Of a stretch of 64,000 nt of DNA, positions 39,469 to 49,131 are shown piece after piece; positions within the stretch are counted from its first letter, which is position 1; every line of letters starts with the position of its first letter. Origin of the DNA: Candidatus Multivoradales bacterium (GTDB lineage Bacteria > Acidobacteriota > Thermoanaerobaculia > Multivoradales > JAHEKO01); NCBI GenBank assembly GCA_965223155.1, contig CBDCVR010000014.1:608001-672000 (forward strand), read 5' to 3'. Below the pieces are notes generated by a model. It saw only the letters and a list, made by a program, of their open reading frames with translations, was not told the origin of the DNA and ran no database searches. Both the position numbers and the translations under genes were made by a program.

Positions 39469-39506
39469 CTGAAAACGAAACTACTTTCCCGGCTTGGCAG
39501 CCCCTG

Positions 39507-40724
39507 CTACGCCGTGTGCCGGCTCGCCACGCGCGTGGCCCGTTCGGGCCGGCGGGCCAGGCGCAGATGGTCGGCCGCCTCCGCCACCCTCCGGTACCCG
39601 AGGAGGTGGAAGAGCTCGAGCGGCAGCACGCGGGCGATCCGCCGGTTGACCTCGACCTCGCGCAAGCCCGGATCCAGGGCACGGACGCCGGGCAGCCAGC
39701 CGACGCCCCGGTCCAGGCGCAGGCGCCGGAGCGCCGCCGACACGCTCAACCAGACGGTCTTGATCGGCCGGACGACGAAGTAGCCGTCTTCGCCCTGGGG
39801 CTGATACAGGGGCATGAGGAGCAGGCCGCCGATCGGCACGTCCACCGGCTGGCCGTTCTCACGGGCCACGGTCCGGCCCACATCGACCGGCTGGAAACCC
39901 CGGAAGTTGGGCAGCATCTCGAAACCCGATCCAGGGCGGATGGCATGCCGGTGGCGCACTTCCACCACTGCCGGCAGACCGCGGCTCTCGGTCCGCAGCC
40001 GGCGCCGGCTGGCGCGCACGCGCGGATGACCGCGCTCGAGCAGGCCGCAAGCCGCGAGCGTCAGCCAGATGGCGCATTCGGCGCGCTCGACCGAGCGGGG
40101 ATCGTCGTGCTGTCCGGCTTCGAAGCCCACCGTCCGCACCCCGACCGAGCTCAAGAAGTCGAGCATCGTGCCCTCCAACTCTTCCTCGATCCCGAGGATG
40201 AGCGGCACCTCGAGCGAGCGGGCCAGACGGCGATTGGCCAGCGTGTCGTCGAAGACCACGAAGGCCGGTCCCCAACCGGAGGTCGAGTGCAGATCCAGCG
40301 CGGACACCGGTCCCACGGCCCGGTCCAGAACCGTCCGAACCTCGGCCCACAGCTCCCGTGTTTCTCGATCTTCGCTGACTTGAGCGCCGGCTTCGTCACC
40401 GGCCTCGCCGGTTACCGATTCCTGGCACCAGACTCGGTTCAGATCCTGATCCACGAACCGGACGCCGCGGGCCAAGGCTCGCCGGTTGCCGGTCAGTCCG
40501 ACGACGTAGCCGGCCAGACCACCCCCGGCAGTCTCGAGATCCGCCAGCACCCGCCGGAAGGCGTGGTACCCGGACGGCTCGTTGCCATGGATGGCGGCGA
40601 TCACGATCAGAGTCGGGCCGGCCGTGGGATCGCCCACCGCGCCCAAGACGCGCGGCGGCAGCTCCACGGGCTCAGGCGGCGGGCTCGCCGCCGGCGCAGG
40701 AGCGGATTCTGTCCTGATCTCCAA
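39507..40724 (-). CDS. Succinylglutamate desuccinylase/aspartoacylase-family protein
   Basis: IHGNEPSG, RFVDQDLNR, DLHST and FEAGQH. Start uncertain (TTG 40724). Confidence 0.85.
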   Translation of the reverse strand: MEIRTESAPAPAASPPPEPVELPPRVLGAVGDPTAGPTLIVIAAIHGNEPSGYHAFRRVLADLETAGGGLAGYVVGLTGNRRALARGVRFVDQDLNRVWCQESVTGEAGDEAGAQVSEDRETRELWAEVRTVLDRAVGPVSALDLHSTSGWGPAFVVFDDTLANRRLARSLEVPLILGIEEELEGTMLDFLSSVGVRTVGFEAGQHDDPRSVERAECAIWLTLAACGLLERGHPRVRASRRRLRTESRGLPAVVEVRHRHAIRPGSGFEMLPNFRGFQPVDVGRTVARENGQPVDVPIGGLLLMPLYQPQGEDGYFVVRPIKTVWLSVSAALRRLRLDRGVGWLPGVRALDPGLREVEVNRRIARVLPLELFHLLGYRRVAEAADHLRLARRPERATRVASRHTA

Positions 40725-40776
40725 GGGCTCTCTGGCTCGAAAAAGGCTCGGCCGGGAAGCCGAGCTGGCGGCTATT

Positions 40777-41625
40777 CTAGCAGGAGTCGGAGCCGTCTTC
40801 GGGGCCCGCCGGACCGAGCCAGCCGGCATAGAGCTCCGGGCGGCGGTCGCGTAGAAAGAGTCGCCGCGCATGGGATGCGGCCACCCGCGACCGGTCCACT
40901 TCGGCGTACAGAATCTCCTCACCGGTGCCGGCCTGGGCGATCACCTCGCCGGAGGGATTGCAGACGTAGGACTCACCGGCAAACTCGAGACAGGGCTCGA
41001 CACCGACGCGGTTGCAAAGCGCCGTGAAGTAGCCGTTCTGAAACGAGGCGACCCTAAGCTCGGCCTCGAACAGCCCGTCGGGCCACTCGCCCACCGACCC
41101 GGCCTGGGGCACCACCACGAGCTCGGCACCCCGCAGCGCCAGGGCGCGCATGTACTCCGGATAGTGGCGATCGTAGCAAATCGCCACGCCGACCCTACCG
41201 GCGCGAGTCTCGTAGACCTGGACGCCGTCCGGGCTGGGCGCGTAGTAGCCCTGCTCATGGAAGCAGGCGTACTCGGTGATGTGGACCATGCGGGTTACGC
41301 CGAGAAGCGTTCCGTCGGCGTCGATCACCGGCGAGCTGTCGTAGGTCGCGTCCCCGGCGCGCTCGAAAAGATTCAGAACCACAACCACTCCGAGCTCGGC
41401 GGCGAGCCGCTGAAACCGCTCGGTCGTGGGGCCGGGAATCGGCTCGGCCAATGAAGCAACGTCCGACCCGGCCGGCTCCTGCGGATAGAACGGCGAGAAG
41501 GCGAGCTCGGCAAAGCCCACCAACCGGGCGCCCTCGCCGGCGGCCCGGCGTACCGCCTCCAAGCCCCGCTCGACGTTGGCCTCGAGATCCACCGTCCCCC
41601 GCTGCTGCACCAGAGCGATCTTCAT
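40777..41625 (-). CDS. Carbon-nitrogen hydrolase (nitrilase superfamily)
   Basis: FAEL (Glu), ICYDRHYPE (Cys), FHEQGYY, NRVG and FAGES; the Lys motif reads RMVH. Confidence 0.9.
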   Translation of the reverse strand: MKIALVQQRGTVDLEANVERGLEAVRRAAGEGARLVGFAELAFSPFYPQEPAGSDVASLAEPIPGPTTERFQRLAAELGVVVVLNLFERAGDATYDSSPVIDADGTLLGVTRMVHITEYACFHEQGYYAPSPDGVQVYETRAGRVGVAICYDRHYPEYMRALALRGAELVVVPQAGSVGEWPDGLFEAELRVASFQNGYFTALCNRVGVEPCLEFAGESYVCNPSGEVIAQAGTGEEILYAEVDRSRVAASHARRLFLRDRRPELYAGWLGPAGPEDGSDSC

Positions 41626-41645
41626 CGACGTCTCCTCCCCGCCGC

Positions 41646-44600
41646 CTACGGCTGGATGCGCACGCGCGCGCCCGAGGAATAGGCCGCGAACTCCGGGGCG
41701 TACATGGACTGAAGAGTCGCCGGCGCCGCCTGGAAGGTCCCGGCCATGGTCGCCCGGAGACGATGGCGCAACACATACTCGCCGGTCGGCAACGCCTCGA
41801 AAAAGAAGTTCATGCCGCTGTCGCGAACCTCCTCGTACCGGATCAACCCCAGATCGAACCGGTATCCGGAGCTCTGGCGAACCGGCTCGAATCCCGCGGG
41901 CCGGGGATCGCGCAGATGCACGTGCTCGGCGGCGTGGGCGCTCCTGAGGACGAGCTGCACCTCGACTTGATCGCCGACCTCGATGGCCGTCCCCTCGTCC
42001 AGCGGTTCGAGCTGCCAGCCGTCTCCGGAGGAAACCCGGCGGAAGTAGCGGCGCTCGACGCCGAAAAGATCGCCCCGTGCCGCCTCGGGCAACCGTTCGG
42101 TCGAGAAATGCCAGGTCGCCGACGCGAACGCAAGCCCGGCCGTCTCCTTCGCCACTCGCACCACCCCGTCCTGTGGGGGCCGGATCTCGGCACCCGCGAC
42201 CACGAGCTGGGCGCCACGTCCCGTGTATTCGTCCGGCTCGAAGACAAAGCGCTGCTGCCGGTCACCGACGGCGACGTCTACGACCTCGCGTCCGGCCAGC
42301 TCGCCGTCGGCTTCGAGGTGATGTACCAGCGCGTAGAGAACCTCGGCGGTGGCGCGGGTCGACTTCCAGTGGTTGAGCTTCTTGTTGAGCAAGAGCCACT
42401 GCACCAGGCCGTCTCGCCGCGAATCCTCGGGGTTCATCTCGGTCAACACCCTGAGCGCAAAGGCGTGGCCTTCGATGGTGTCGTTGTACCAGAGCCAGCT
42501 CTTGTCCTCGGCCGCCCAGTAGGTACCGAGGTCTTCGCTCGTGCGCGCCGAGTCCATGACGCTGTCGAAGACGAGCTCGGCGTCCTCAGTCCTACCGGCG
42601 CGCTCTAGAGTCAGGGCCAGCATCCCCTTGACCAGCGGCGCATGCTCGCGCCAGTGCCGCATCGAGAACTCCAGCATCGCCCCGCGGTCTGCTTCGCTGA
42701 GGGTCTCCCCGGTCCAGGAAGCGTCCGGGTAGCTCGACAGCACGTAGTTGAGGAAGGTCACGAGCTCCCAGCAGCAGTCGTCTTCGCTCATGCGGCGGGC
42801 GGTCTCGGACACGTGATGACGGTAGAGGTAGTCCCAGGCGCGCTCGATCATCGGCCGGGGCACCTCGACGCCGAACTCGAGAGCCCGGGAAAAGCCGCTC
42901 AGCAGATAGAGGGTCATGTACGGCGACGGCGGTCCGCCCGGAAACCACGGGAACCCGCCGCTCGCGGTCTGAGACGCCTCCAGCTTGGCCAGTGCGCTCC
43001 GGCGCTGGGCGCCCGCGATCTCGGGCACGAGGACGTTGATCAGATCCTCTTCCGGCGTGCCCCCGCGCGAGGTCACCAGCCACGGCGTCTCCTCGAGCGC
43101 CATGCGCCGGTTGGCGTCCTCGGTTCGCCAGGCCTCGAACCGCGTTTCGCGTTGGGCAAAGGACGCGGCCATGCGGCGCACCGCCGGGTAGCGGTCGTAG
43201 AGACTGGAGACGATGCCGGTCGAGAGAAAGCGGTTCAGAGTCTGCTCGGTGCACTCGTAGGGGTACGACACCAGATACGGCAGGGCCGACAGCACGCTGT
43301 AGAAGAGCTGGGTGTCTAGAGTCACGACCAGCCGGTCGTGGATGCGGGTGGGATCCTCGTCGAGGACCAGATCCTCGAAGGTCAACTCCCGGCTGGCGGC
43401 GTCGCGGAGTGACCCGAACCGCGACTGCACCAGGTGCATGCGCCCGGGAACCAGAGGCAGGATCCGCCGCTCGCCGTCCGAGAGATCCCCGGCCACGCCC
43501 ACCGTCTCCACCTCGATCGACCCCAGCCGCGCCGGCGCGCGGAGCGGGATCGACCGGCTCCAGCTCCCTCCCGGCGCCACGCGAAACGCCGACTCCCGAT
43601 CGGCCGGATCGAGGCCCAGCTCGGCGGCCAGATCGGCTCCGGTCTCCGGGTCGCGAAGCCGGAGGCCGAGGCTGCCCTCGAGCTCGGTCCCGCCCGCGTT
43701 CTGGACCACGACCCGAAGATCCACGCGATCGCCCTCGCGTAGGAAGCGCGGCAAGTACGGGCGCACCAGGAGCTCCTTGACGGTGCGACTCGACAGCTCG
43801 AGCCTGCCACTACGCAGATCCCGGGTCAGAGCGTGAGCCCACACGCTCCACTCCGTGACCGAGTCGGGCACCTCGAACGAGAAGCCGACCGAGCCGTCGG
43901 CTTCGAGCACGAGATGGGGCTCCCAGAAGGCAGTCTCCGAGAAGTCCGAGCGGATGCCGTCTCCGCCTTCCGCCGAGCCCTCCGGGACGTCGGCGTCTTT
44001 CCGAGCCCCACCCGCCTCAAGCCGAGCCTCAACGACCTCTCCGGCCGCCTCGGGCGACGCCGGCATGTCGGCGACCGCGCCCTCGGCGCTCGCCATCATC
44101 GGCGCGCTTGCCATGACCCGGCGACGCAGGAGGTTGCCGCCCGGGCCGCCGATGCCGTAGCCGCTGAGCTGGAGCAGGCGATCGCCGCGAAGCGCCGGAT
44201 ACGCCGGCAGCGCGCGCTCGCGCCCCGCGTGCCAAACAGGACCGTTCCGGCCCAGGGTGGTCCAGGCCGGAGCCGGCATTCGGAAGAAGGGCAGGAAGCG
44301 TTTCGGATCCGGGGGATTGTGGGCCGCGAAGAGATCCAGGCTGCGGTCGTACATATAGGCCAGGAGCTCGGCCGAGCCCGCCTCGAGCGCTCCCTCCGCG
44401 CCCCGCACCCGCACCGTCCAGCGCTCGCGCGCGCTCGGCCGTAGACGGTCCCGGAACGAGGCGAAGGAGACGTCGAGCTCCTTGTTCTCCCACGGAACCC
44501 GGAGGGCGCGATCCACGCTCAGGATCTGATGGTCCCGAACCAGCGACACCCGCAGACCCAGCCCGCCCCGATCGGCCCCGCTCACCGGAAACTCGAGCAC

Positions 44601-47600
44601 CTGGACTCCATCGGCCGAGGTCAGGAGCTGGCGCCGCAGACGCCGATCGCCCCGAAACCACTCGACCAACATTTCCTGGCCGGACAGACCGGAATGCACC
44701 AGGACACGGGCGGTGGAACCCACCGGCACGAGATTCCGCTCGGTCTCGACGACCAGCGGCAAGGCCGGGCCGGCGGCACCGGGGGCCGCCACAACAAAGT
44801 CCTGAAAGGTCTCGAAGGCGGCTCCGTAGGCGTCCTCGGTGCGGTAGCGCAGCCGGTAGGCGCCGGCGGCGAGACCGGCCAGCTCGATCTCGGCTTGGCC
44901 GTCCGCGTCGTGGACCAGCTCGCCGGAGGCCACCTCGCCGCCGTCGGGCCAGTCCCGCATGATGCGCTCGGAGCCCGTCCCGGTTTGCCAGCGCGGCCGC
45001 AGCGCGTCTCCCGGAGTTCGGTAGGCGGGCCGCTCTGTTTCCTCGAGGTCGTCTGGATCGGTTGCCGCCACCATCGGCGAGTTGGGGAACGGATCGGCCG
45101 GCAGATCGGCGGGCAGAGCAACATCCTCGGGCTGGTCCAGCGCCACCAGCCGCCAGGTTCCGGAGCCGGTCTTGCCGATCCCGTCGAGATCGGCGCGCAG
45201 CACCGAAACGGAAAAGCCGCTGCGCGCGCGGACAAAGTTGACGCTCCGCTCCAGGCGAGCCTCGACGGCGACGAATCCCAATCGATAGCTGCGGACGGCG
45301 CTTCGCGTCTCCCCGCCCGCGTCGGTCACGTCGGCCTCGATCCGGAATCTGTAGGTCACCCCGCGCTCGGCTTCCCGAGGGTCGGCCTCGGGCTGGAACT
45401 CGAACGAGAAGAAGCCGTCAGGACCCAGCTCGGCGCTGCCCGAGGCCACCGCCTCCGAGCCGCCGCCCCGGATCGGCCGGATCGGGTGGTACCAGCCCCA
45501 CCAGCGCGGGTAGACCGGCTCGCGGTAGACCCGCCACGCCGCCTCGGCTTCCACCACCGGCAGTCCAAAGTAGTACTGGGCGCTACCGCGCACCGAAGCC
45601 TTGCGGTTGAGCCTCAGCTCCGGATCGGCGTCTTCCAACTCGACGGTAAAGGTCGGCCTCTTGTACTCCTCGACCCGTACCGAGGCACCGCCGCCCACGG
45701 CCGCTCCCAAGCGCCACGAGCCCAGCAGCCGGCCCTCGGGAATCGAGAACTCGCCCGAGGCCGAACCGAAGGCGTTGGTCCGGATCGCCGCTTCGGCCAC
45801 GGTCTCGCCATTGGCGTCTCGAAGCGTCACCTTCGTACGCACGCCGGCCTGAGGCTGCATCAGCCGCTCGCCCTCGTCTTCACTCGCGCGGCCAGCGGCC
45901 TTCTCGAAGACCACCGCTTTCCAAAGCAGCTTCTGACCCGGCCGGTAGACGGCGCGGTCCGTGTAAAGCAAGGCGACCCGCTGCCGTCGGGAGGGCTGGG
46001 TCCGGCCGAAGCCGCGCCGGCGCGGATCGAAGCCCACCGAGTCTCCCGAGCGCGCGAGCAGGAAGTACGACTGCGAGGGATCTCCGGCGAACGAGACTCC
46101 GCCGTCACCCGCGGTGGCGCGGAACTCGACCCGCTCGTGCCCGCCGCTCCTGTAGTCGAAGCGATAGAGATCCACCTCGACGCCGGCCAGAGCGGCTCCG
46201 GTCCGGCCCGAACGGACCTCCACTTCCAGGAGATTCTCGAGGTGCTGGGTCACGAGCACCAGGTCGGTCAGGTTGAGATAGACCGCCTCGAGGTCATTGT
46301 TGCGCTGGCCGAAGGACGCCTCTCTCGAGGCCACGATCAAGTAGTAGCCCTCTCGATCGAGCGGCGGGGTGACGTAGGTGCGATGGTCCCTGAGATCGGG
46401 AGTGGCGGGGAGCTCGACCGACCAGGCTGCCGCCGGCTCGCGACCACGCAGGATGCGCTCGATCTCATCCGCCCGGGGCAGCAAGCTGAAATCGTTGCTG
46501 GTCTCGACGACGCGGGCCAGATCCAGCCGGAAAGCGCGAAAGTGGAGAGCCCCGACGTTCCGATGGACCACCTCGACCGAGCGCCGCTCGAGACCGTCGG
46601 AGATCATCGACGCTAGAGAAAAGGCCGGCCGTTCGAGGGCGGCGATGCGGTGCCGGGCCCGGCGGCCCCCCAAGCTCTCCGGGTGGGCCTCGAAAGCCTG
46701 GTGGGCCAGATCGCGAGCTCGGAGGCGCGCCCACGGATCGGACTCCGACTGCACCAGCTCGGCCAGGTAGTCCATACCCACCGACCACCAAGGCAGATCC
46801 TGGCCAAGGGTCTCCAGGCGCCGCTCGAGGTCCCGGCGCAGAAGAGCGCGGTCCTGGTCGGCCGAGAACGCCCCGTTGAGCAATCGCAGCCGGGCCAGCC
46901 GGGCCTCGAAGGCTGCTTCCTGCCGCTCCTGGGAGCGGTGCCAGCTTTCGAGATCAGCCAGGAGGGCGACCGACCTCTGGACCGGATGGCGGCTCGCGTC
47001 GTCCGGAATCTCTCCGGCGGCGTCGAGCGCGATGAGGTCTTCGACCCGCAGCCGGTAGAGCCGGTTCGATTCCGACGGCGTCCAGTGGGCGGAGTTGGCC
47101 AGGAGCTCCACCCAAAGGTAGGTCACGGCGTCACGCAGGGTGTCGCGAATTCCGGCCGGATAGTTGTTGGGCTGGAGGTACCGGTCGAGGGTAGCCAGCG
47201 ACTCGCTGCCCAAGGCCCGCCGCCCTGCCCAGGCGGCACCGAACGCGGCGTGGGCTCGATCCAGGATCTGCTCCGAGGTCCAGGCGTCAAGGTCCACGTC
47301 GGCGCTCGACGCGACCCGCTCTCGGGAGGAGATCTCCCAGGAGTAGGCCTCCAGGTACTCGGTCAGCGTCTTCGCCAAATACAGGTCGAGGACCAAGCGC
47401 GAGCGGACGCGGCCGGTCTCGGACGCTTCGGCCGGAGGCCGGCTGTCGAGTAGCAGGCGCACGGCCTTCTCGTAGCCATGGAGCGCGGTTTCGAGCTTGG
47501 CTCGTTCCACCGTCGCCCGGGTCCAGTTGGAAGGCGCGCTGGCGGCGGCCGCCTCGGACCGGATCGCATCGACGATCTCGACGGCGGCGCGGAGCTTCTG

Positions 47601-47825
47601 CTCGTCCACCAGACGTTCGACTTCGAGCCAGCGCTCGGCGTAGGCGTCATCGCTCACGGTCCAATCTTCTCCCGCCGCCGCCTCCAAGTCCCGACCGTCA
47701 CCCGCCGGAGCCGAGATCGCGGGCGAGCAGCCTGGGGCCGCAATCCCGATCGAAGCCACCAGGCCGAAGAGGAATACCCAGCAGGCAAGTCGCGTTAGGG
47801 GGATCGTACGGGGCAGTGTACGCAT
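41646..47825 (-). CDS. Bacterial alpha-2-macroglobulin family protein
   Basis: 2059 aa; TDRAVYRPG, EEYKRP, RSDFSETAFW, PRFLREGD, thioester motif YPYECTEQ, GFPWFPG and MYAPEF. Confidence 0.93.
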   Translation of the reverse strand: MRTLPRTIPLTRLACWVFLFGLVASIGIAAPGCSPAISAPAGDGRDLEAAAGEDWTVSDDAYAERWLEVERLVDEQKLRAAVEIVDAIRSEAAAASAPSNWTRATVERAKLETALHGYEKAVRLLLDSRPPAEASETGRVRSRLVLDLYLAKTLTEYLEAYSWEISSRERVASSADVDLDAWTSEQILDRAHAAFGAAWAGRRALGSESLATLDRYLQPNNYPAGIRDTLRDAVTYLWVELLANSAHWTPSESNRLYRLRVEDLIALDAAGEIPDDASRHPVQRSVALLADLESWHRSQERQEAAFEARLARLRLLNGAFSADQDRALLRRDLERRLETLGQDLPWWSVGMDYLAELVQSESDPWARLRARDLAHQAFEAHPESLGGRRARHRIAALERPAFSLASMISDGLERRSVEVVHRNVGALHFRAFRLDLARVVETSNDFSLLPRADEIERILRGREPAAAWSVELPATPDLRDHRTYVTPPLDREGYYLIVASREASFGQRNNDLEAVYLNLTDLVLVTQHLENLLEVEVRSGRTGAALAGVEVDLYRFDYRSGGHERVEFRATAGDGGVSFAGDPSQSYFLLARSGDSVGFDPRRRGFGRTQPSRRQRVALLYTDRAVYRPGQKLLWKAVVFEKAAGRASEDEGERLMQPQAGVRTKVTLRDANGETVAEAAIRTNAFGSASGEFSIPEGRLLGSWRLGAAVGGGASVRVEEYKRPTFTVELEDADPELRLNRKASVRGSAQYYFGLPVVEAEAAWRVYREPVYPRWWGWYHPIRPIRGGGSEAVASGSAELGPDGFFSFEFQPEADPREAERGVTYRFRIEADVTDAGGETRSAVRSYRLGFVAVEARLERSVNFVRARSGFSVSVLRADLDGIGKTGSGTWRLVALDQPEDVALPADLPADPFPNSPMVAATDPDDLEETERPAYRTPGDALRPRWQTGTGSERIMRDWPDGGEVASGELVHDADGQAEIELAGLAAGAYRLRYRTEDAYGAAFETFQDFVVAAPGAAGPALPLVVETERNLVPVGSTARVLVHSGLSGQEMLVEWFRGDRRLRRQLLTSADGVQVLEFPVSGADRGGLGLRVSLVRDHQILSVDRALRVPWENKELDVSFASFRDRLRPSARERWTVRVRGAEGALEAGSAELLAYMYDRSLDLFAAHNPPDPKRFLPFFRMPAPAWTTLGRNGPVWHAGRERALPAYPALRGDRLLQLSGYGIGGPGGNLLRRRVMASAPMMASAEGAVADMPASPEAAGEVVEARLEAGGARKDADVPEGSAEGGDGIRSDFSETAFWEPHLVLEADGSVGFSFEVPDSVTEWSVWAHALTRDLRSGRLELSSRTVKELLVRPYLPRFLREGDRVDLRVVVQNAGGTELEGSLGLRLRDPETGADLAAELGLDPADRESAFRVAPGGSWSRSIPLRAPARLGSIEVETVGVAGDLSDGERRILPLVPGRMHLVQSRFGSLRDAASRELTFEDLVLDEDPTRIHDRLVVTLDTQLFYSVLSALPYLVSYPYECTEQTLNRFLSTGIVSSLYDRYPAVRRMAASFAQRETRFEAWRTEDANRRMALEETPWLVTSRGGTPEEDLINVLVPEIAGAQRRSALAKLEASQTASGGFPWFPGGPPSPYMTLYLLSGFSRALEFGVEVPRPMIERAWDYLYRHHVSETARRMSEDDCCWELVTFLNYVLSSYPDASWTGETLSEADRGAMLEFSMRHWREHAPLVKGMLALTLERAGRTEDAELVFDSVMDSARTSEDLGTYWAAEDKSWLWYNDTIEGHAFALRVLTEMNPEDSRRDGLVQWLLLNKKLNHWKSTRATAEVLYALVHHLEADGELAGREVVDVAVGDRQQRFVFEPDEYTGRGAQLVVAGAEIRPPQDGVVRVAKETAGLAFASATWHFSTERLPEAARGDLFGVERRYFRRVSSGDGWQLEPLDEGTAIEVGDQVEVQLVLRSAHAAEHVHLRDPRPAGFEPVRQSSGYRFDLGLIRYEEVRDSGMNFFFEALPTGEYVLRHRLRATMAGTFQAAPATLQSMYAPEFAAYSSGARVRIQP

Positions 47826-47967
47826 GGCATGAGTTTAGACCGTTGCCGGCCGCCGACCGTTCCTCGAACGGCAAACCGCACCGAGAACCGCCGCGTACAT
47901 GGAAACAAGACGACACCTGGGCCGCTACCCAACGGCCCATGGCAATTCAAACGATAGGAGACTCTTC

Positions 47968-48609
47968 ATGCCGAACGTTCAAGGAAACCGGCGCCCGGCG
48001 GGCGCGATTCGCTCCACCCTGACGGTCCTGGCCAGCCTCGCGGTCGTCGCCCTCGCTCCCGTTGCGGCCTCCGCAGAGGGTTGGAGCGTGGACGCCGCGC
48101 ACACCGAGGTCAACTTCTCGATCAATCATTTCTTCACGCCGGTCACCGGCAGCTTCTCCGACTTCGAGATCGATCTGGACTACCGGCCTGACGACATCTC
48201 GGCCAGCTCGGTCGAGGCGACGATCCAGGTCGCGAGCCTCGATACCGGCAACGAACGCCGCGACGGCCACGTCGCGTCGGCCGACTTCTTCAACGCCGAG
48301 GAACACCCGACCATCACCTTCAAGAGCACCTCGGTGGCCGAGACCGAAGACGGGATCGTGGCGCGCGGAGAGCTCACCATCAAGGGTCAGACCCAGGAGA
48401 CCGAGCTGGGGATCAAGATCCTGGGGGTCAAGGAGATCCCGGAAGAGATGCGAGAAATGTTCGGGGGCACCCAGGAGGTGGCGAGCTTCGCGGCTTCGAC
48501 CGCAATCGACCGGAACGACTTCGGCGTCGGCGTCGGCAACTGGGCCGCCACCCTGGTCATCGGCGGCGAGGTCTCAATCGAGATCCTGCTCGAAGCGCAC
48601 CGCAAGTAG
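47968..48609 (+). CDS. YceI-family periplasmic protein
   Basis: SD AGGAG; signal peptide; VDAAHTEVNF, SLDTGNERRDGH, DFF…HPTITF, GELTIKG and IDRNDFGV. Confidence 0.92.
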   Translation: MPNVQGNRRPAGAIRSTLTVLASLAVVALAPVAASAEGWSVDAAHTEVNFSINHFFTPVTGSFSDFEIDLDYRPDDISASSVEATIQVASLDTGNERRDGHVASADFFNAEEHPTITFKSTSVAETEDGIVARGELTIKGQTQETELGIKILGVKEIPEEMREMFGGTQEVASFAASTAIDRNDFGVGVGNWAATLVIGGEVSIEILLEAHRK

Positions 48610-49131
48610 TCGTCACCGCCGAGCCAGGCCGACGAGACCGAGCGCGGCCTGGGCTCCGGGACCGTCGAGAGGCACTGGGTTCCCCCCTCGGGGGGGTCCC
48701 TCCGGCGTCGCACAGCGACCTGGAGACTCCCCGCTACCGGGGGCCACCTCCATCAAGCCGCATCCAACGAACCCGTCGGACGTCCTCGACGGGAATTCCT
48801 TCCGATCGTGTGGTCTCCAGAGGGATCCAGGAGAGAGGAGACAGGTCATGCACGTACAGCGCCTCCGTTTTCGGCGAGGCTATACTGCGTGCCAAACGCG
48901 CCTTCGGCCACAGGATGTTCGTAGAAACCTACAACCTACTCTGTGACCCTGCGTTGCCTGTCACGCCGACGAACCGGTCAACTCCCTCCGACCCAAGTCT
49001 CGACGCCGGGACTCACAACGGCGGCTAGATGCCCGTCGGAAGCCGGTCGCTCTCAGGGCCCCGAGTAATCCTCTCAATCGTCCGGCGCGATCGACCGCGA
49101 CGAATTCGGCCTCGTCGCCCGCGTGCTTTGA

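Noticed and set aside
39507-40724. AstE/AspA-family gene as a CphZ-like beta-Asp-Arg hydrolase of the cyanophycin pathway
   Set aside because: It is about 13 kb from the cph operon, which already has IadA; there is no sequence evidence for that specificity.
47866-47900. c-di-GMP-I riboswitch suggested by GGCAAAC
   Set aside because: The paired stem and downstream GCAAAGC-type element are missing.
48790-48812. SRP RNA suggested by TCGGAAGGAA on the minus strand
   Set aside because: The flanking CAGG…GCAGC internal-loop motif is absent.
48878-48896. Sigma54 promoter (TTGGCACG on the minus strand)
   Set aside because: No TTGC at the -12 position.
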